NCBI GenBank assembly: GCA_031835245.2
Contig: JAVKOQ020000101.1
Span: forward strand, 124,001 to 174,580
DNA length: 50,580 nucleotides
Direction: 5' to 3'
Source of the DNA: Balamuthia mandrillaris
Lineage: Eukaryota
Positions 31,619 through 43,969 of the stretch are shown here, in pieces; position 1 is the first letter of the stretch; every line of letters starts with the position of its first letter. The position numbers and the translations under genes are program-made. The notes beneath the pieces were generated by a model. It saw only the letters and a list, made by a program, of their open reading frames with translations. It was not told the origin of the DNA and did not search any database.

Positions 31619-33651
31619 ATGTGGATCCTATCTCTCCTTGCTCCACCGCCACCAACTTCTGCTGTAGGACCGGTGGTGCCTGCAATAGGTCCGCTTTGCT
31701 CGTTATTTTGATTTCGTTGCTGTTGTTTTTAGTTTGTAAGACCAGTTTGATGAAACACTTGTTTTCTTCTATTTTTTTTTTTCTTTCCAACTGTCTTTCT
31801 TACATAGCTACAAACTACTGGCTTCCTGTTGGCAGTTTCACCATTGGTCGACAAGGTTCTCTTTCTTTTCATCTTTCGTAACCTATCCTTTTTTTTTTTC
31901 TCATTGTTGGTCCTTTTTTCGCCTTCTACTTTATTCTTTGTTCTTCTTCTGCTTCTTTTTCCTCTTCTTCTCTTGCTCCCCCTGTTTCTTCTTCCTCCAC
32001 AAACAGGCTGCAACATTCTGGTGAACGATCGCTCCGTCTCAAGGCAACACGCAGTGCTCACCGTGAAGCACTACAAGGAGAACCTCAACGATCCATCGCA
32101 GCCACCACAAATCTTCCTTCTGGACAAAAGCAAGTTTGGCACGAGTGTAAATGGCGTCAAAGTCGAACAGCCACAAAAGAAAGACTCCACAACGACAACG
32201 ATCCAGTTGAATAATGGCGACACGCTTCGCTTTGGCATCTGTCCAAGTATCTTTCAACTGTCCTATCAGCCGACTGTGTTCTACTGGGAGCCTCAATGCT
32301 CTAGGCTTACACAAGAACAAAAGCTTCAAGTTATGAACTCCATTCGGGCTCTAGGTTTGTTCTCATTCTCGCTATCTTTCTGCTTCTTCATTTTTTCATA
32401 GGAAGAGCAATAGAGAACAGACCAGCAGAATTGAACAGTAAATGTAGAACGCTGAGAATGAAATCGCATGTATCCTAATACAAACAACTTATGATAGGTG
32501 CTCATGTGAATGGCAAACCGGAGGGAAGCACACATTCGTTGATGATAGAAGTGGAAGGTCCTTCCAACCAAGTAATTCTTTCTCGAGTGGCTGGCCTTCC
32601 TTTTGTATCTCCCGCTTGGCTGGAGGCCATTCTCAAGCGTGCCACAATACAAACTCCACCACCACCGGTGCAACAGTACGCACTCTTTGTTTCTTTTCTT
32701 GTTCTCTTCGTTTCTTTCTGTTTTCTTAAAGTTGTTATTGCTTTGAACACAGCTATCAGCCCCAGTGGGAAGAAAGTCCTTTGTCACAGTCTACTACCAT
32801 ACCAACCGATCTTCTACGTGGCACAACAGTGGTTTTCTTTTCTCGTAGCCAAGTGAGTGCCCATAAGATCATTTTTGTTGGGTTTTAATCTTCTGCTTCT
32901 TTTTCTTACTTTTTGTCTTCTCTCTCTCTGTGCAGTTCATGGACTTGAAAAAAGTGATATTAGCTCTTTCCGGAACAGCAATTGAAAACTACGATCTCAA
33001 AGAAGCGGGTCTCCGCAAACTATTTGAACAGCTGCGCGATACTCCATTCACACTCATCGATCCGTTAGTTCGCTCTTCTTCGTTAAACGAACGCATAGAC
33101 ACCATAAAAGAGAAACAGTTACAAAAGAAGTTGTTGCGGTGGAAAGAGATTGCGGGAGAAGAATGCATTGTCACAAGTGATACTCTTAGGAAAGCGATTA
33201 TCAGAGGAGATGTAAGTGATTGCTTTCCAATGCAAAACAAACGGAAGAAAGACGTCTTGGATGAAATGGATGAAGAGAAAGAAAACGAAGGAGAAAAGGA
33301 AGAAGAAGAAAAGGAAGACGAAGCAAAGGAGAAAGCTGCAGCGATAGACCCAGCAAGTGAAAAAGCAGATAAGACAGAAGAGAGAGAAAACGAACTAGAA
33401 AAAGCAAACAAAGAAAAGAAACGAGAAAAAGAACGGGAAGAGGACGTGATGATAATAGCTTCTTCCCCTCCTACTTCCTCCAAAGTAAATGAAACGAAAG
33501 TGAACACAATGCCAAAGCAAACAGAAGCGAGCAACGATAACAGAAGACCTAAAAAACGGAAAGCAATCGACTTGAGCGAAGAATTAAAGCACCAAGCGCA
33601 AGAAACTGAAGCAAAAGCACCGTACGTGTTTATTTGTTTGTTTGTAAAAAT

Positions 33652-33710
<59 letters not shown>

Positions 33711-34463
33711 CTTGTTTGTTTGTTTGTTTGTTTGTTTGTTTGTTTGTTTGTTTGTTTGTTTGTTTGTTTGTTTGTTTGTTTGTTTGTTTGTTTGTTTGTT
33801 TGTTTGTTTGTTTGTTTGTTTGTTTGTTTGTTTTTTGCATTTGTTTTGTTTAGACTTCAAAAAGAAAACGAACGACCTGCTTTGAACAATGCCAAGAAAT
33901 CAGATTCAACCAAGGGAGAAAGCAAAGCATTATCATCGCCATCAGTTCAACAACAAAGAGAAGAGGAAAGAGAAGAGGACACACCCTTTAGGGAGCGGAT
34001 AATGATCATTCAGGAGACCAAATTGGTGGCTCGTCCACTCGCACCTTCGTCTTCCTCTGGTTCTCCTTCGCAACAACAAAACTTTAAACGGTTCCGTCGC
34101 AAGGCTAACGGCCAAACAACTACGCAACCCAGAAGAGCATCAACCGGAACTACTTCATCTTCAAGAACAGTTGTGAAATGCGTGCTAGACGAGGAAAGAG
34201 GAGGCGCCTCACCCACCGGAAAAAGCAACAAAGAAATGGAAAGATGGTTGCAAGAAGCCCAAGAAGAGGCTAAACGAGAGGAAGAAGAGAATCATGTCGC
34301 AGAAGAACTTTGGAACGCCGTCAAGCATAAAAGCAGCAGTACGAGCAGCAAAGTCATGAAGATGAGAATGTCGGCTTCCGCTGCTTCTTCTTCGGCATCG
34401 TCGAAGAAAAGTGGAAGTCTAGTTCTCCCTTCAACGAAGCGAAGAAAGAGTAGCTTTGTTTAA
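31619..34463 (+). CDS. NBS1: Nibrin/NBS1 (FHA-BRCT, Mre11-binding motif)
   Basis: MWIL start; FHA (TIGRQGCNILVNDRSVSRQHA..DKSKFGTSVNG..GDTLRFG); BRCT-like (THSL..PFVSPAWL); C-terminal NFKRFRRK and acidic AEELW motif. Multi-exon with phase-compatible GT-AG introns. Confidence 0.88.
33650..33832. repeat. Compound (TTTA)n(TTTG)n microsatellite in an NBS1 intron
   Basis: Direct inspection. Confidence 0.95.
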
Positions 34464-34486
34464 GAGGAGTGTACATGCTATTATTG

Positions 34487-34657
34487 TTAAGAGGAGGGCG
34501 AAGATGATGCCGAAGATGAAGGTGATGCGAGAGGGAGAACCAGTTCGGAGAGTACAAAGTCTAAGATGTGAGCTGTTAATCCCCATATTGGATCTGGTCC
34601 TGCTATAAAGCTGTGAAACAAAGAAAATGTTAACAGCAAAACTCACATGTAGGAATG

Positions 34658-34702
<45 letters not shown>

Positions 34703-35707
34703 GATAGGAAAGAAAGAAACGACAAGAAGGAAAAACAAGAAAGAAACCTTTTTAGTTGGAGCATGCCTCGCCAAGGAGGAGTCCAGTCCACCATTTCCTG
34801 GTGGGCGGGGTCCAGCAGTTGGTCCAGCGATAAGGTGAAGACCTGGTCGATTTCGCCTGGATTCGGCTGCAGCTCGGCCCCTATCTCTTTCATGTCGCCG
34901 ATGAAGCCAACCACTGGGGTCACTGAAACGAGTAACGGAGAAAGGATGCAAGATGGTGAGAGGGAGAGGGAAAATGCGAGAGAGAGAGAAAGGAGGAATG
35001 AAAGAAAAGAGAGTATGAGAGAGAACGTGAGAGAATGAGAGAACTAGAGCAGCAGAGCAGAGATGAGGAGACGACGCAGCGAACAGAAGAAACAACTCCC
35101 AAAGAACAAGAAGAGAGCAGAGGGAGAGGTAGGCACCTATGATGCCTGTTTTCGACAAAGCCTCATGAAAGGGTCCGATCACTCGGATCTTGTTGTGAAG
35201 GCGGTCCGAAAAGCCCAACTCCTCTCTGGTCTCGCGAAGTGCAGTCACGATGGGATCTCCTCCATCTCCCTCTTCCACTATTCCACCAGGAAAGCTGACT
35301 TCGCCAGAGTGAAGGGACATGGACGCAGCCCGTTTGGTGAAGAGCACAGCCGCTCTTCCCTGCTCATCGTTGCAAAACGGCACGAGCACAGCCGCTCTGC
35401 GTTGGGGTCTCTTCTTTCCCTCTTGATGATGAGGCCCAGAGGTGAACTGTTTGAGGTAGGCCGGGCTCAACCGACGTTTCGGCACTTGCTTCCACCGCTC
35501 AGAGAGTGAAAGAAGGACGTCGTTCGTGAAGGAGGGAAAAGGCGAAAAGGATGACTGCTGCCAAGAAGGAGGAGGAGGAGCACCTTCTGAGGCGGTTGAA
35601 AAAAAACAAGAACAAGAGAAAGAAGGAGAAGCAAAACGGGAGGGGCAGGTCCGTCCGCCCACAACCAACCGTTGCAGCAACGCCCTTGTGTCCCGCCGCC
35701 CCTTCAT
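34487..35707 (-). CDS. Nudix hydrolase, CoA pyrophosphatase type (NUDT7/NUDT8-like), presequence-bearing
   Basis: RAAVLVP..VLFTKRA..HSGEVSFPGG..TALRETREELG..VTPVVG..NPGEIDQVF..IWGLTAHIL; exons 35707-35137, 34922-34748 and ~34610-34487. Confidence 0.92.
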
Positions 35708-35977
35708 CCGGATTGTTACTGCTTTTTGGTTTGCTCTCTCCACACAAAGGGACACGAGCCAGGACTTGAGATTCCTCCCCAAAATTTTTCCAAGAATTAA
35801 GTAGCCGAAAAAGAAGAAAGTGCTACCAGAACGCGTAGCGGCGGCTGTTCTTTGCTTGGACTCAAACTCGCTACGGCCACCTTCTGGTGTGGCGGCAACG
35901 TTGACCACCAAGCCCTCTCCTCTTTGGTTTAAAATCTTTGCCCCTTGCACCTCTCTGTCGACGGAGCCGTCAACGTT

Positions 35978-35981
35978 GAGA

Positions 35982-36057
<76 letters not shown>

Positions 36058-36063
36058 CAGAGA

Positions 36064-36099
<36 letters not shown>

Positions 36100-36106
36100 C
36101 AGAGAC

Positions 36107-36139
<33 letters not shown>

Positions 36140-36185
36140 GACACACAGAGACAGAGAGAGAGAGAGAGAGAGACAGAGACAGAGA

Positions 36186-36223
<38 letters not shown>

Positions 36224-36238
36224 CAGAGAGAGGGAGAC

Positions 36239-36271
<33 letters not shown>

Positions 36272-36296
36272 CAGAGAGACAGAGAGAGACAGAGAG
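35978..36296. repeat. Long compound (AG)n/(AGAGAC)n microsatellite
   Basis: Direct inspection; source of several spurious low-complexity ORFs. Confidence 0.95.
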
Positions 36297-36350
36297 GACC
36301 AAGTGAATGTAAGGAAGTACAAAAAACAAAACAAAAAAAGGAACAACGCC

Positions 36351-37289
36351 TCATCTCTCCTGTTTGATAAAGAAGAAATGGCCAGGAGCTCCCACCCAGC
36401 TTACAAAGTCCTTTCGGTCGTCACACTTCAGCATGGAGAAATGGCCTTGCAGGCGCGCTGCCGTGGCTGGTATTTGTGTTGGCTCAAATCCCGGGACTCC
36501 CGCCTTTTGATGGTTCAAAACAGAACATGGTGAGAGAAAAAAGGGTGGAGTAAAAGAGAAAGGACGAAAGAGAAAGAGAAAGGACGAAAGAGAGAGAGAA
36601 GGAGAAACGACGAAAGAGAAAGAGAAGGAGAAAGAGAAGGAGAAAGAGAAAACAAAAGTTGGGCCGGGTAAACTTACATATTGTGAGTCTTGCAAGAACG
36701 GTGGCGGAGGCACCACGCTGGGTAACCAAGGCAAATAAAAGTTATATCCATGGTACCTGTTCACCATGCCAGACATGGTCCCTCCCACAAACTTCTTGTC
36801 CAGCTGCAGCGTCCCCTTGGAGAGGGAGAACGTGCCGGACATGGTCCAAGGGGAGGCCTTGTCCTCCCGGTTGGACCACTCCCCCACCGTCTCCACCGTC
36901 CGCTGCCGTAGGTCGAAGCGGAGGCTGAACTCCATGGAGGTCCAGGCGTAGGAGGAGGCCCAGCGGCCTCTGCCCTCCCATGTGCCGGACATGAGGTCCT
37001 CAAACTCCTTGACCTTGTTGTGGAAAATGGAGGAGGCCACGGCGTGCAGCCGCTTGGAGAGGAGCAGGACGGAGGGCCAGGGAGTGTAGAGCTCCAACAG
37101 CCGCGCTTCCGTGGGTTTGTCTTGCGAGGCATCCGCGCTATTGTTGGCACGCTGGAGCCCTTGTCCTCCCTTGGCCTCGAAGAGGGGCAGCTGCCAAAGG
37201 ATCATGTACAAGATCTCGTTGGGGAGGTCCATCAGCTCGATGGGCAGCCATTCCTCCTGCATGCAGTGCTCCTCCGCTCCAAGCTCCAT
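36351..37289 (-). CDS. F-box-like protein with a beta-rich C-terminal domain
   Basis: LMDLPNEILYMIL..L and later VLLLSKRLHAVA (F-box-like); GC-rich coding exon; probable intron at ~36676-36506. Confidence 0.65.
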   Translation of the reverse strand: MELGAEEHCMQEEWLPIELMDLPNEILYMILWQLPLFEAKGGQGLQRANNSADASQDKPTEARLLELYTPWPSVLLLSKRLHAVASSIFHNKVKEFEDLMSGTWEGRGRWASSYAWTSMEFSLRFDLRQRTVETVGEWSNREDKASPWTMSGTFSLSKGTLQLDKKFVGGTMSGMVNRYHGYNFYLPWLPSVVPPPPFLQDSQYVSLPGPTFVFSFSFSFSFSFSFVVSPSLSLSSFLFLFRPFSFTPPFFLSPCSVLNHQKAGVPGFEPTQIPATAARLQGHFSMLKCDDRKDFVSWVGAPGHFFFIKQER

Positions 37290-37884
37290 TCTTGGTTGTT
37301 TTTTCGCTCTCTCTCCAAGTCCACAAAGAATGAATGAATGAAAGTTCACCTTTTTCTTTTCTTTCTTTTCTTTTTATTTAAATTTTCCTTTTGGTGTCCT
37401 GTCATGCGTTTCACGTATTGTTGTCATTTTTAGCATTCTTGTCATTCATTTGACGTTCAGCCAATGGCATTTGGCTGAGAATGGAATCAAACCACCAATC
37501 GACAATCAAAGTTGGGGTTCCCGCCTTTGGTACGCCATGACCTCTCTTTGTGCCTTCATCCAATGTAGTATTGCTTCATGTTCCCTTGTGGCCTGATTTC
37601 ACTAGGTTGGTGCAACGGATGGAAATATTTTCAAGTTGAGCTGCATCCCTGATAGGTCTTTTTTTTTTCTTTCTTTTCGTTTTTGTGTTTCCTTTTGGCA
37701 AGCTTTAGTTTTTTTTTTCCACAATGAACTTTGGTTTTTCTGCATGCATAGGAAAGGTTGATGTGTTTTGCTGTGCAATCCATTCTACACAGACTAGTAG
37801 TTCTGTGTTACAAACTTAAAAGCGCGGATACCATTAAGCCACAGCAGGAAATCAATGTCCAAAAAGCAAACAAATGTTGGGCTG

Positions 37885-37938
<54 letters not shown>

Positions 37939-37998
37939 AGTGAGAGAGAGACAGAAAGAGACAGAGAGAGAGGTACTATTTTAAAAATCGAAGTTATT

Positions 37999-39060
37999 TC
38001 AACCAGTCCAAAACTCAAAGTTTCTTTCTATCTCGATATCACGAATGTCCTGCGGCACTTCCACTTGTGACAGGGCAAAGCGGAAAGGTGTTCCAGCATT
38101 CCAATTGACTTGGCGCCTCCATGCAACCGGGACTGTCTTGTGATCTTGTGTTATGTAATGTGTTTGGATAGTGTCGTTCTTATGCCTCTCAAGCACAGCA
38201 CGAACAGAATCTGTCGATGATTCTCTTTCTTCTTTTTCTTTTTCTTCTTCTTCTTCTTCTTCGCTGTCTTTTTCGAATCGTTCCATGTGTCCTCCTTCAC
38301 TCCTCTGACATCCAAAGTAACAGTCACTCGCGCTCGCTCCTTCTCCCTCTTGATATCGTTGTCGTAAGGCTTCGGGATAGGAAACCGGATGAACGAGAAG
38401 AAGGTCCGCCAAAGGGCATCCCAGGTGATCATGAAAGCACAGGGCGCCGCAGCAGGTCCACCGCCCGGGGTACACTCGCAGGTGCACGCTGCCCACGCCA
38501 TACATGCCCCCTATGTCACCGAGCCCAAAGCCAAAGACAGGTTTGCCAGAAGCATCCACTGGCAGTTCGTGCTGCCCCTTGTGGGATGGGCAACCTCCTT
38601 CGAAATGCGGGTCACCCGTTCCAAAGAAAGAGCCGCAACGACGGCATATGGAGGGCCTTGAGGAGGAAGCTGAGGTAAACCGAAGAAGAAAGGAACGTTG
38701 CGTGGAACAAAAGGGACAGTGTGCTTGAATTGATTCGTGTGGTTCCTCGTCTTCTTCAACGGGGCTGAGCTCCACGACTCCTTTTTGTTTCAGGAAGAAA
38801 GAGGCATTTTTTGGAGCGGTTTCGTGTGACGACGGACGCGGTCTCGAGGATGAGGAGAGGGAGGAACAAGCAGCAGAGGTAAGATGAGACAAGCACATGA
38901 CACTGTCGCATTCGAAGCAGAGGGCATACGGAATGGGTCTTTGCAGGAAAACGGAAGAGCCGTCCACGCCGGCCCAGAGCTCTTGCGGAGCTTTTTGTGG
39001 GACCAACCGCTCGTTGCACATCACGCAATAGCGGTTGGTCGGCCGGTTTGGTTGCAACAT
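37999..39060 (-). CDS. Cys/His-rich zinc-binding hypothetical protein
   Basis: CVMC..CFECDSVMC..H..CPFC; CRRC..CPSHKG..GRWTCCG..GC..H. Start and splicing uncertain. Confidence 0.6.
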   Translation of the reverse strand: MLQPNRPTNRYCVMCNERLVPQKAPQELWAGVDGSSVFLQRPIPYALCFECDSVMCLSHLTSAACSSLSSSSRPRPSSHETAPKNASFFLKQKGVVELSPVEEDEEPHESIQAHCPFCSTQRSFLLRFTSASSSRPSICRRCGSFFGTGDPHFEGGCPSHKGQHELPVDASGKPVFGFGLGDIGGMYGVGSVHLRVYPGRWTCCGALCFHDHLGCPLADLLLVHPVSYPEALRQRYQEGEGASASDCYFGCQRSEGGHMERFEKDSEEEEEEEKEKEERESSTDSVRAVLERHKNDTIQTHYITQDHKTVPVAWRRQVNWNAGTPFRFALSQVEVPQDIRDIEIERNFEFWTG

Positions 39061-40014
39061 GGTATACTCGTCGTCCCTCTTCTTCAACAGAAAAAAATAA
39101 TCGAGCCGTCTGCCTTGCCTTGGCGCCCGTCTGCCCTCCCTTCTGTTCTTCACGGAACAGGCACCCCCTTCCCTTGCCTAAGACCCTCAAGCAGATCGTG
39201 GAGGAGGAGCAGCCTTGTCCCTTGTGGCCTTGAAGAGTCCCTCCAAGTAGTGGTCCCCCGCCTGCCATGTCCTGGTTGCGCAGACTTTTCTCTCGCGCTA
39301 GGAGCTGCTTTGACCACACCAAGTGGACTTCACCAACAGGTCCTCTTCATGCAGTGGAGGACAGCTTGAGCCGTAGTAGCGAACCGTGATGCTCCACGGC
39401 GAAAACGAAGGGCAACCGAACAGAAGGGACACACGGAAAGTTGGCGTCCGGCAAGGGCGTTCCCTTTGCGAACGACAAGAGGCAGATGGGAGAGCAAGGC
39501 GAGGAGATGACAATGTTCAAAGAAGGAAGGAGAGGGAACGTGACCAGTGGTCACGTGAGACGATGAAACAATAACCGCACGTGCACAGAGGAAGGTCAAA
39601 GCGCTCCGCGTCGATCTTGTGTCTTTTTGGTGAGACCTCGACGCAGCCACCCTTCACTTTTTCCTTTGCAAGCGGGGGGTCAACGTTGATGGTTGGGTCG
39701 ATAGGAAACCTCTTGTCCATAGAGGATGAATGCTGGGTGAGTTTTCGCCTGCTTTCAGCGCTTTCGCCCTAAAAAGGCCCAATATATATTTCAACATCGT
39801 TCAACACAGGTCCTCCGGATGAAACGGGATGGAATGCATGGCGATTGCATCCGCCTTTTCTGTGGCTTCTCCGCTTGTTCGTTCCTTGAAAAAGAAATAA
39901 CAAGCGTCAGAGTTGACCGCTGGGCTTGCTTTCTCCGTCTGTGTGAAAGAACCTTTCATTCGCCTTCTCTCTCTCTCTATCGTGTTTCTTCCTCCCAACA
40001 AACATAAACTGGCA

Positions 40015-41738
40015 ATGACAAAGTTCGTGCTGTCAACCTCCTTCCTGTGCTGCATCCTTTGCTTCTCCTCATTTCTCTCCTGTTCTGCTCTTCGTACGTA
40101 TTTGTATGTTCTTTTTCTCATCTTTGGGAGTAAACGCTCACCTCATGTATGTTTGAAGATGAAGAAAGAATACCTCGACCTCGCTTTGGCAAAGGAGCAT
40201 CGATAGCAATAGTAGGCGCCGGTCCAGCCGGTCTCTTCGCAGCCAGAAACCTGCTCTCCAAGGGTTTCCACAACGTGGTCGTCTTTGAGCGAGAGGCCGA
40301 AAGCGGCGGCATTCCCGAGAGCGTCCTCTACCAAGACCACATCTACGACCTCTCCACCATCATCTATCCTCCTTACAGCCTCCACGGTGCAGAGGAGCCA
40401 CTCTATCCGCCTTTGGAGAGGCTCTTCGAGGAGTATGGCACCGAACGGAGGTTCATAGCGGCCGCCACCAACGTCTTTGACTTGGACTCTCTGCAGTTCT
40501 TGCCGTTGCCTCCTTACTTTGGAGAGGGCATCACAATCCCGCAACTCATTCCTCAGCTCAATGCTGGATTCGCTCTGTTGCTTCAAGCTTCACCTTCTTC
40601 TTCAGCTTCTTCTACAGCAGGAAGAGAAGACATCGATGTGAGTGCTTGGGGCGGAGAGAGGGACATTACCTTTGGGGAGTGGGCAGATATAGTCCAAGTG
40701 CCAGCAGCCACAGGACTCATCGCTTTCCTTCATCAGTTCTTCCAAACAGGGGAGCCCTACGAAGCCTTGGCCGTGGAAGTGCTCAAGGGAGCCACGCAGA
40801 CGTATCCCACTGTTGTCAAATCGTTGCTTCAGGAGCTTCAACAGGTGGTCTTCTCTGGCACTCTGTTCGAGTTGTTCGAGATCCATCCCAACCTACAAGA
40901 GTTGGTGACATCCACGCCTCCGGGAAGATACCAGTTCTTTCCGAATGGCTACGAAACGTTTTTTCAGGAGATGGTGAGACGAGAGGAGATCGATGTACGT
41001 CTCTCTACTGAGGTCACGAGGGTCTCTCCGTACCGCGTTGGTAAGAGCCATCGCTGGCGAGTGCTAGTGGAGACAATAAAACAAGAAGCGGGAGAAGCAG
41101 AGGAGAAAGAAGTGCATCACTTCGATGCGGTCATACTTGCCTCAAGGACCTTCCAAACGTTGGAGTATCTCGATAAAGATCTGCCGGTCATTCCATACCT
41201 CGAAGCCGTCACAACAGGATTAGCAAGATCCGTCATGATTCACATCCCTTCGCTCGATGAAAACGAAGATGGAAGCAGCTTCTCCGACGTGTTCTTCTTC
41301 AACAACGCTGCCACGTTGGTTGTTTATCCTTACGCCAACTACTTTCAATCTCCTTCTCTTGGCAACGATTTCTACGATCACTGCCCGGTCTTCACAAGGC
41401 CTTACAACGATACCGATGTTTTTCTCTGCTTCGCTTATGCCCATCCAGAGGAGCCTCTGTCCTCGGAGGCTTTTGAGGAACGGTTGCGAGAGGATCTGGC
41501 TGCCATGGGTGTCGCCTCCGCCTCGCTAGAGCAGCTCCAACTGTTAAGAGATGAGCTGTGGAACTATCCACAAACGGTGCCGCCAGAGAGGTTCGGAGAG
41601 GATGGCGGGTGGAGCAAAGCCATTGATACATTGCAAGGAGAGCGTCATTTGTTCTATGTGGGAGAGGCGTTGGCTACGTATGGCATTCCTGCTCAGATGG
41701 AAACGTCTGACTTTGTTTTGGATCGCTTTTTCTTCTAA
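40015..41738 (+). CDS. Secreted FAD-dependent oxidoreductase (amine oxidase-like Rossmann fold)
   Basis: Signal-peptide exon 40015-40093 joins in phase to 40159. Motifs IAIVGAGPAGLFAA..VVVFERE..GG, HFDAVILA and LQGERHLFYVGE. Confidence 0.8.
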
Positions 41739-41806
41739 AATGAATGACTGAAAAGTTAGTATGACAAAAGAAATGTGTGAAGATGATCGTGCAATAAAGT
41801 GGGTGT

Positions 41807-42057
41807 TTAGTCTTCGGTGACGGGAATGAAACAATTGTAGTTGGCGGTGGCTATTTCTTGTTGCATTTGCTGAAAGCATTCGGGCAGCTTCTCTATGAAA
41901 CGAGCCGGGTTGCCGCCGTAGACAGTGAAAGGAGGGACCACCGTGTCGGGAGCCAGCACGCTTCCTTCTTTGATGTAGCAGCAGTCTTTCAACACGCAGC
42001 GCCGAGACTTGCGTTGAAGTGTTGTCGATAAGATGTACAGCAACGAAAGAGGAGAAA

Positions 42058-42094
<37 letters not shown>

Positions 42095-42682
42095 GGGGGG
42101 GACAAGAGAGAGAGAGAAAAATAATAGGATGAGAAGAGAGAAAGAAGCATAAAAGCGAGCAAGCAAGCAAGTACTATGATGGCGTCTTTGCCGATGTGAA
42201 CGTAGGAGCCAATGGTGGCGGCGTTTATGATACAGGACTCTTCAATGGTGACATAGTCGCCAATGGTCAATGGGAAAAAGGAGATACCGCTTTTTTTGGA
42301 GTTTTAGTTCGTGAACAAGAGAGCAGAGGGCAGAGAGCAGAGGACGAACCCTTTAAACCGCTTGAAGGAGGGTCTGATGACAGAGTGTGGGCCAATGATG
42401 GAGAACTTGCCAACGTTTACGCCGCTGAGGTCACCTCTTATGATGGCATCCGGCATGACAATAGTCTGATGTGGACGGAAGAAGAAGAAGAGACATTTTT
42501 CAAAAAAAAATTCGCTCATCATCGATCCCGTGAAGAGTTTGTACCTTTCCATGAAGTCGGATGTTTTGGCTGCCGCAAAGACCCGATTTTCGACTCACCT
42601 TGTTGCCTGTGAGCGTCTCTATAAACTCTGACTTCTTGTAGAAGACCGGCGTCGGTTCCAGCACATCAAACTCCAAAGACAT
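41807..42682 (-). CDS. DCTN5: Dynactin subunit 5 (p25)
   Basis: Four exons: [74 protein letters not shown]. Confidence 0.96.
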
Positions 42683-43049
42683 TGTCCTTGTTGCTTTCTT
42701 TCTTTTCTGTTATTTCTTTTGGAATGTAAAGAATGCTTGGAATGCAGCACAGGATCGACTCCAGGTCCCTGCATGTTTGTATTGGAAACATTTCAATAAT
42801 GTTTGGTATGCAAGGTTTCCCCAGATCGACGCTTGGTCCACACCAAATTTTTTTTCTGAGATTTTTCTCGCAACGAAAAACACGAACACAGCAAATTATT
42901 TATTTTTTGGCAAAAAGAAAGAAAAGAAAATATTATTTTTTCTGTTGTTTTTTTTTTGTAGCGATCAAAAAAAAAGTAGCAGAAAAAAAGAAAGTAGCAC
43001 TCTTTTGCTCTCTTGCTGCTACGCGCGCACAAAAATCTTAATCGCAGCG

Positions 43050-43928
43050 ATGGAACCACCCACGAATACCGCGACGACGACAGTTCCCGAAGAGGACGGC
43101 AAGGAGAAGAAGGTGTCCTTTGCCAAGCGAGACTTTTTGCTCGCCATCGAGGAGGAGATGCGCCAGGAGTGGGCCGCCCTCAACCCCTTTGAGATGGACG
43201 CCCCCGCTGAGAACGAGGAGAAGGACCCCAAGTTCATGGTCACCTTTCCCTACCCCTACATGAACGGCAGGCTCCACTTGGGCCACACGTTTACCTTGTC
43301 CAAGGCCGAGTTCGCGGCCGCCTTCCAGAGGTTGCAGGGCAAGCGCAGCCTATTTCCCTTTGGCTTCCACTGCACCGGCATGCCCATCAAGGTTTGTTGT
43401 TTGTTCTTCCGCTCACCCTCCCTCTGTCCAGCGCAAGAGATGAGAGTGTGTCAAACTTTTGGTTTTTTTTTTCCGCAGTGACTCTGATGAAATGAGTGAC
43501 ACTGGTCCTTTTTTTTCTTTTTAATCTCATTGTTTTATTTTAAATGCTTTTTTGAGCCTTTGTTGGTTTTCTTTTTTCTCCTAGCACCAGTTAACTCACT
43601 TTACTTTTCTCCAAACACTCAAAACAAAAGGCTTGCGCTGATAAGTTGAAGCGAGAGATCGAACAGTATGGCAACCCGCCCGTGTTTCCCGCTGAAGTGG
43701 AGGCAGAGGCAGTGGAGGAGCCCTCCGAGAAGAAAGAGGAGAGCTCTACGACAGTGATCGTCACAGAGACCTTCCACTCCAAAAAGTCCAAGGCCGCCTC
43801 CAAGACAGGCAAGGCCAAGTACCAGTGGGAGATCATGAAGGGAATGGGCGTTCCTGAGAACGAGATCCCAAACTTTGCCGATGCGGAGTACTGGTTGACC
43901 TATTTTCCTCCTTTGGCTATGGTTCGTC

Positions 43929-43969
<41 letters not shown>

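Noticed and set aside
33634..33885. FVCLFVCL / FIYLFIYL repeat ORFs
   Set aside because: Translation of the (TTTA)n(TTTG)n tract inside an NBS1 intron bounded by GT and AG.
35820..36533. Long ORFs reading ERERETET / SLSLSVSV / LCLCL
   Set aside because: Translations of the AG/AGAGAC microsatellite, which lacks stop codons; not real proteins.
37450..37530. CCAAT boxes, a short palindrome and an E2F-like TTCCCGCC upstream of the F-box gene
   Set aside because: Short motifs expected by chance; cannot be supported from sequence alone.
39298..39720. Short minus-strand ORFs (MDKRFPIDP...)
   Set aside because: No recognisable domain and no confident splice model; may be upstream exons or non-coding.
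42733..42850. Weak tandem similarity (atg.ttgg.atgca..gatcgac..ggtcc) in the DCTN5/LeuRS divergent intergenic region
   Set aside because: Short and degenerate; an H/ACA fold on the minus strand is not convincing. May be promoter elements.
43425..43510. Possible ncRNA or hammerhead core (CTGATGA) in LeuRS intron 1
   Set aside because: No downstream GAAA with matching stems and no convincing C/D or H/ACA layout; only short pairings.
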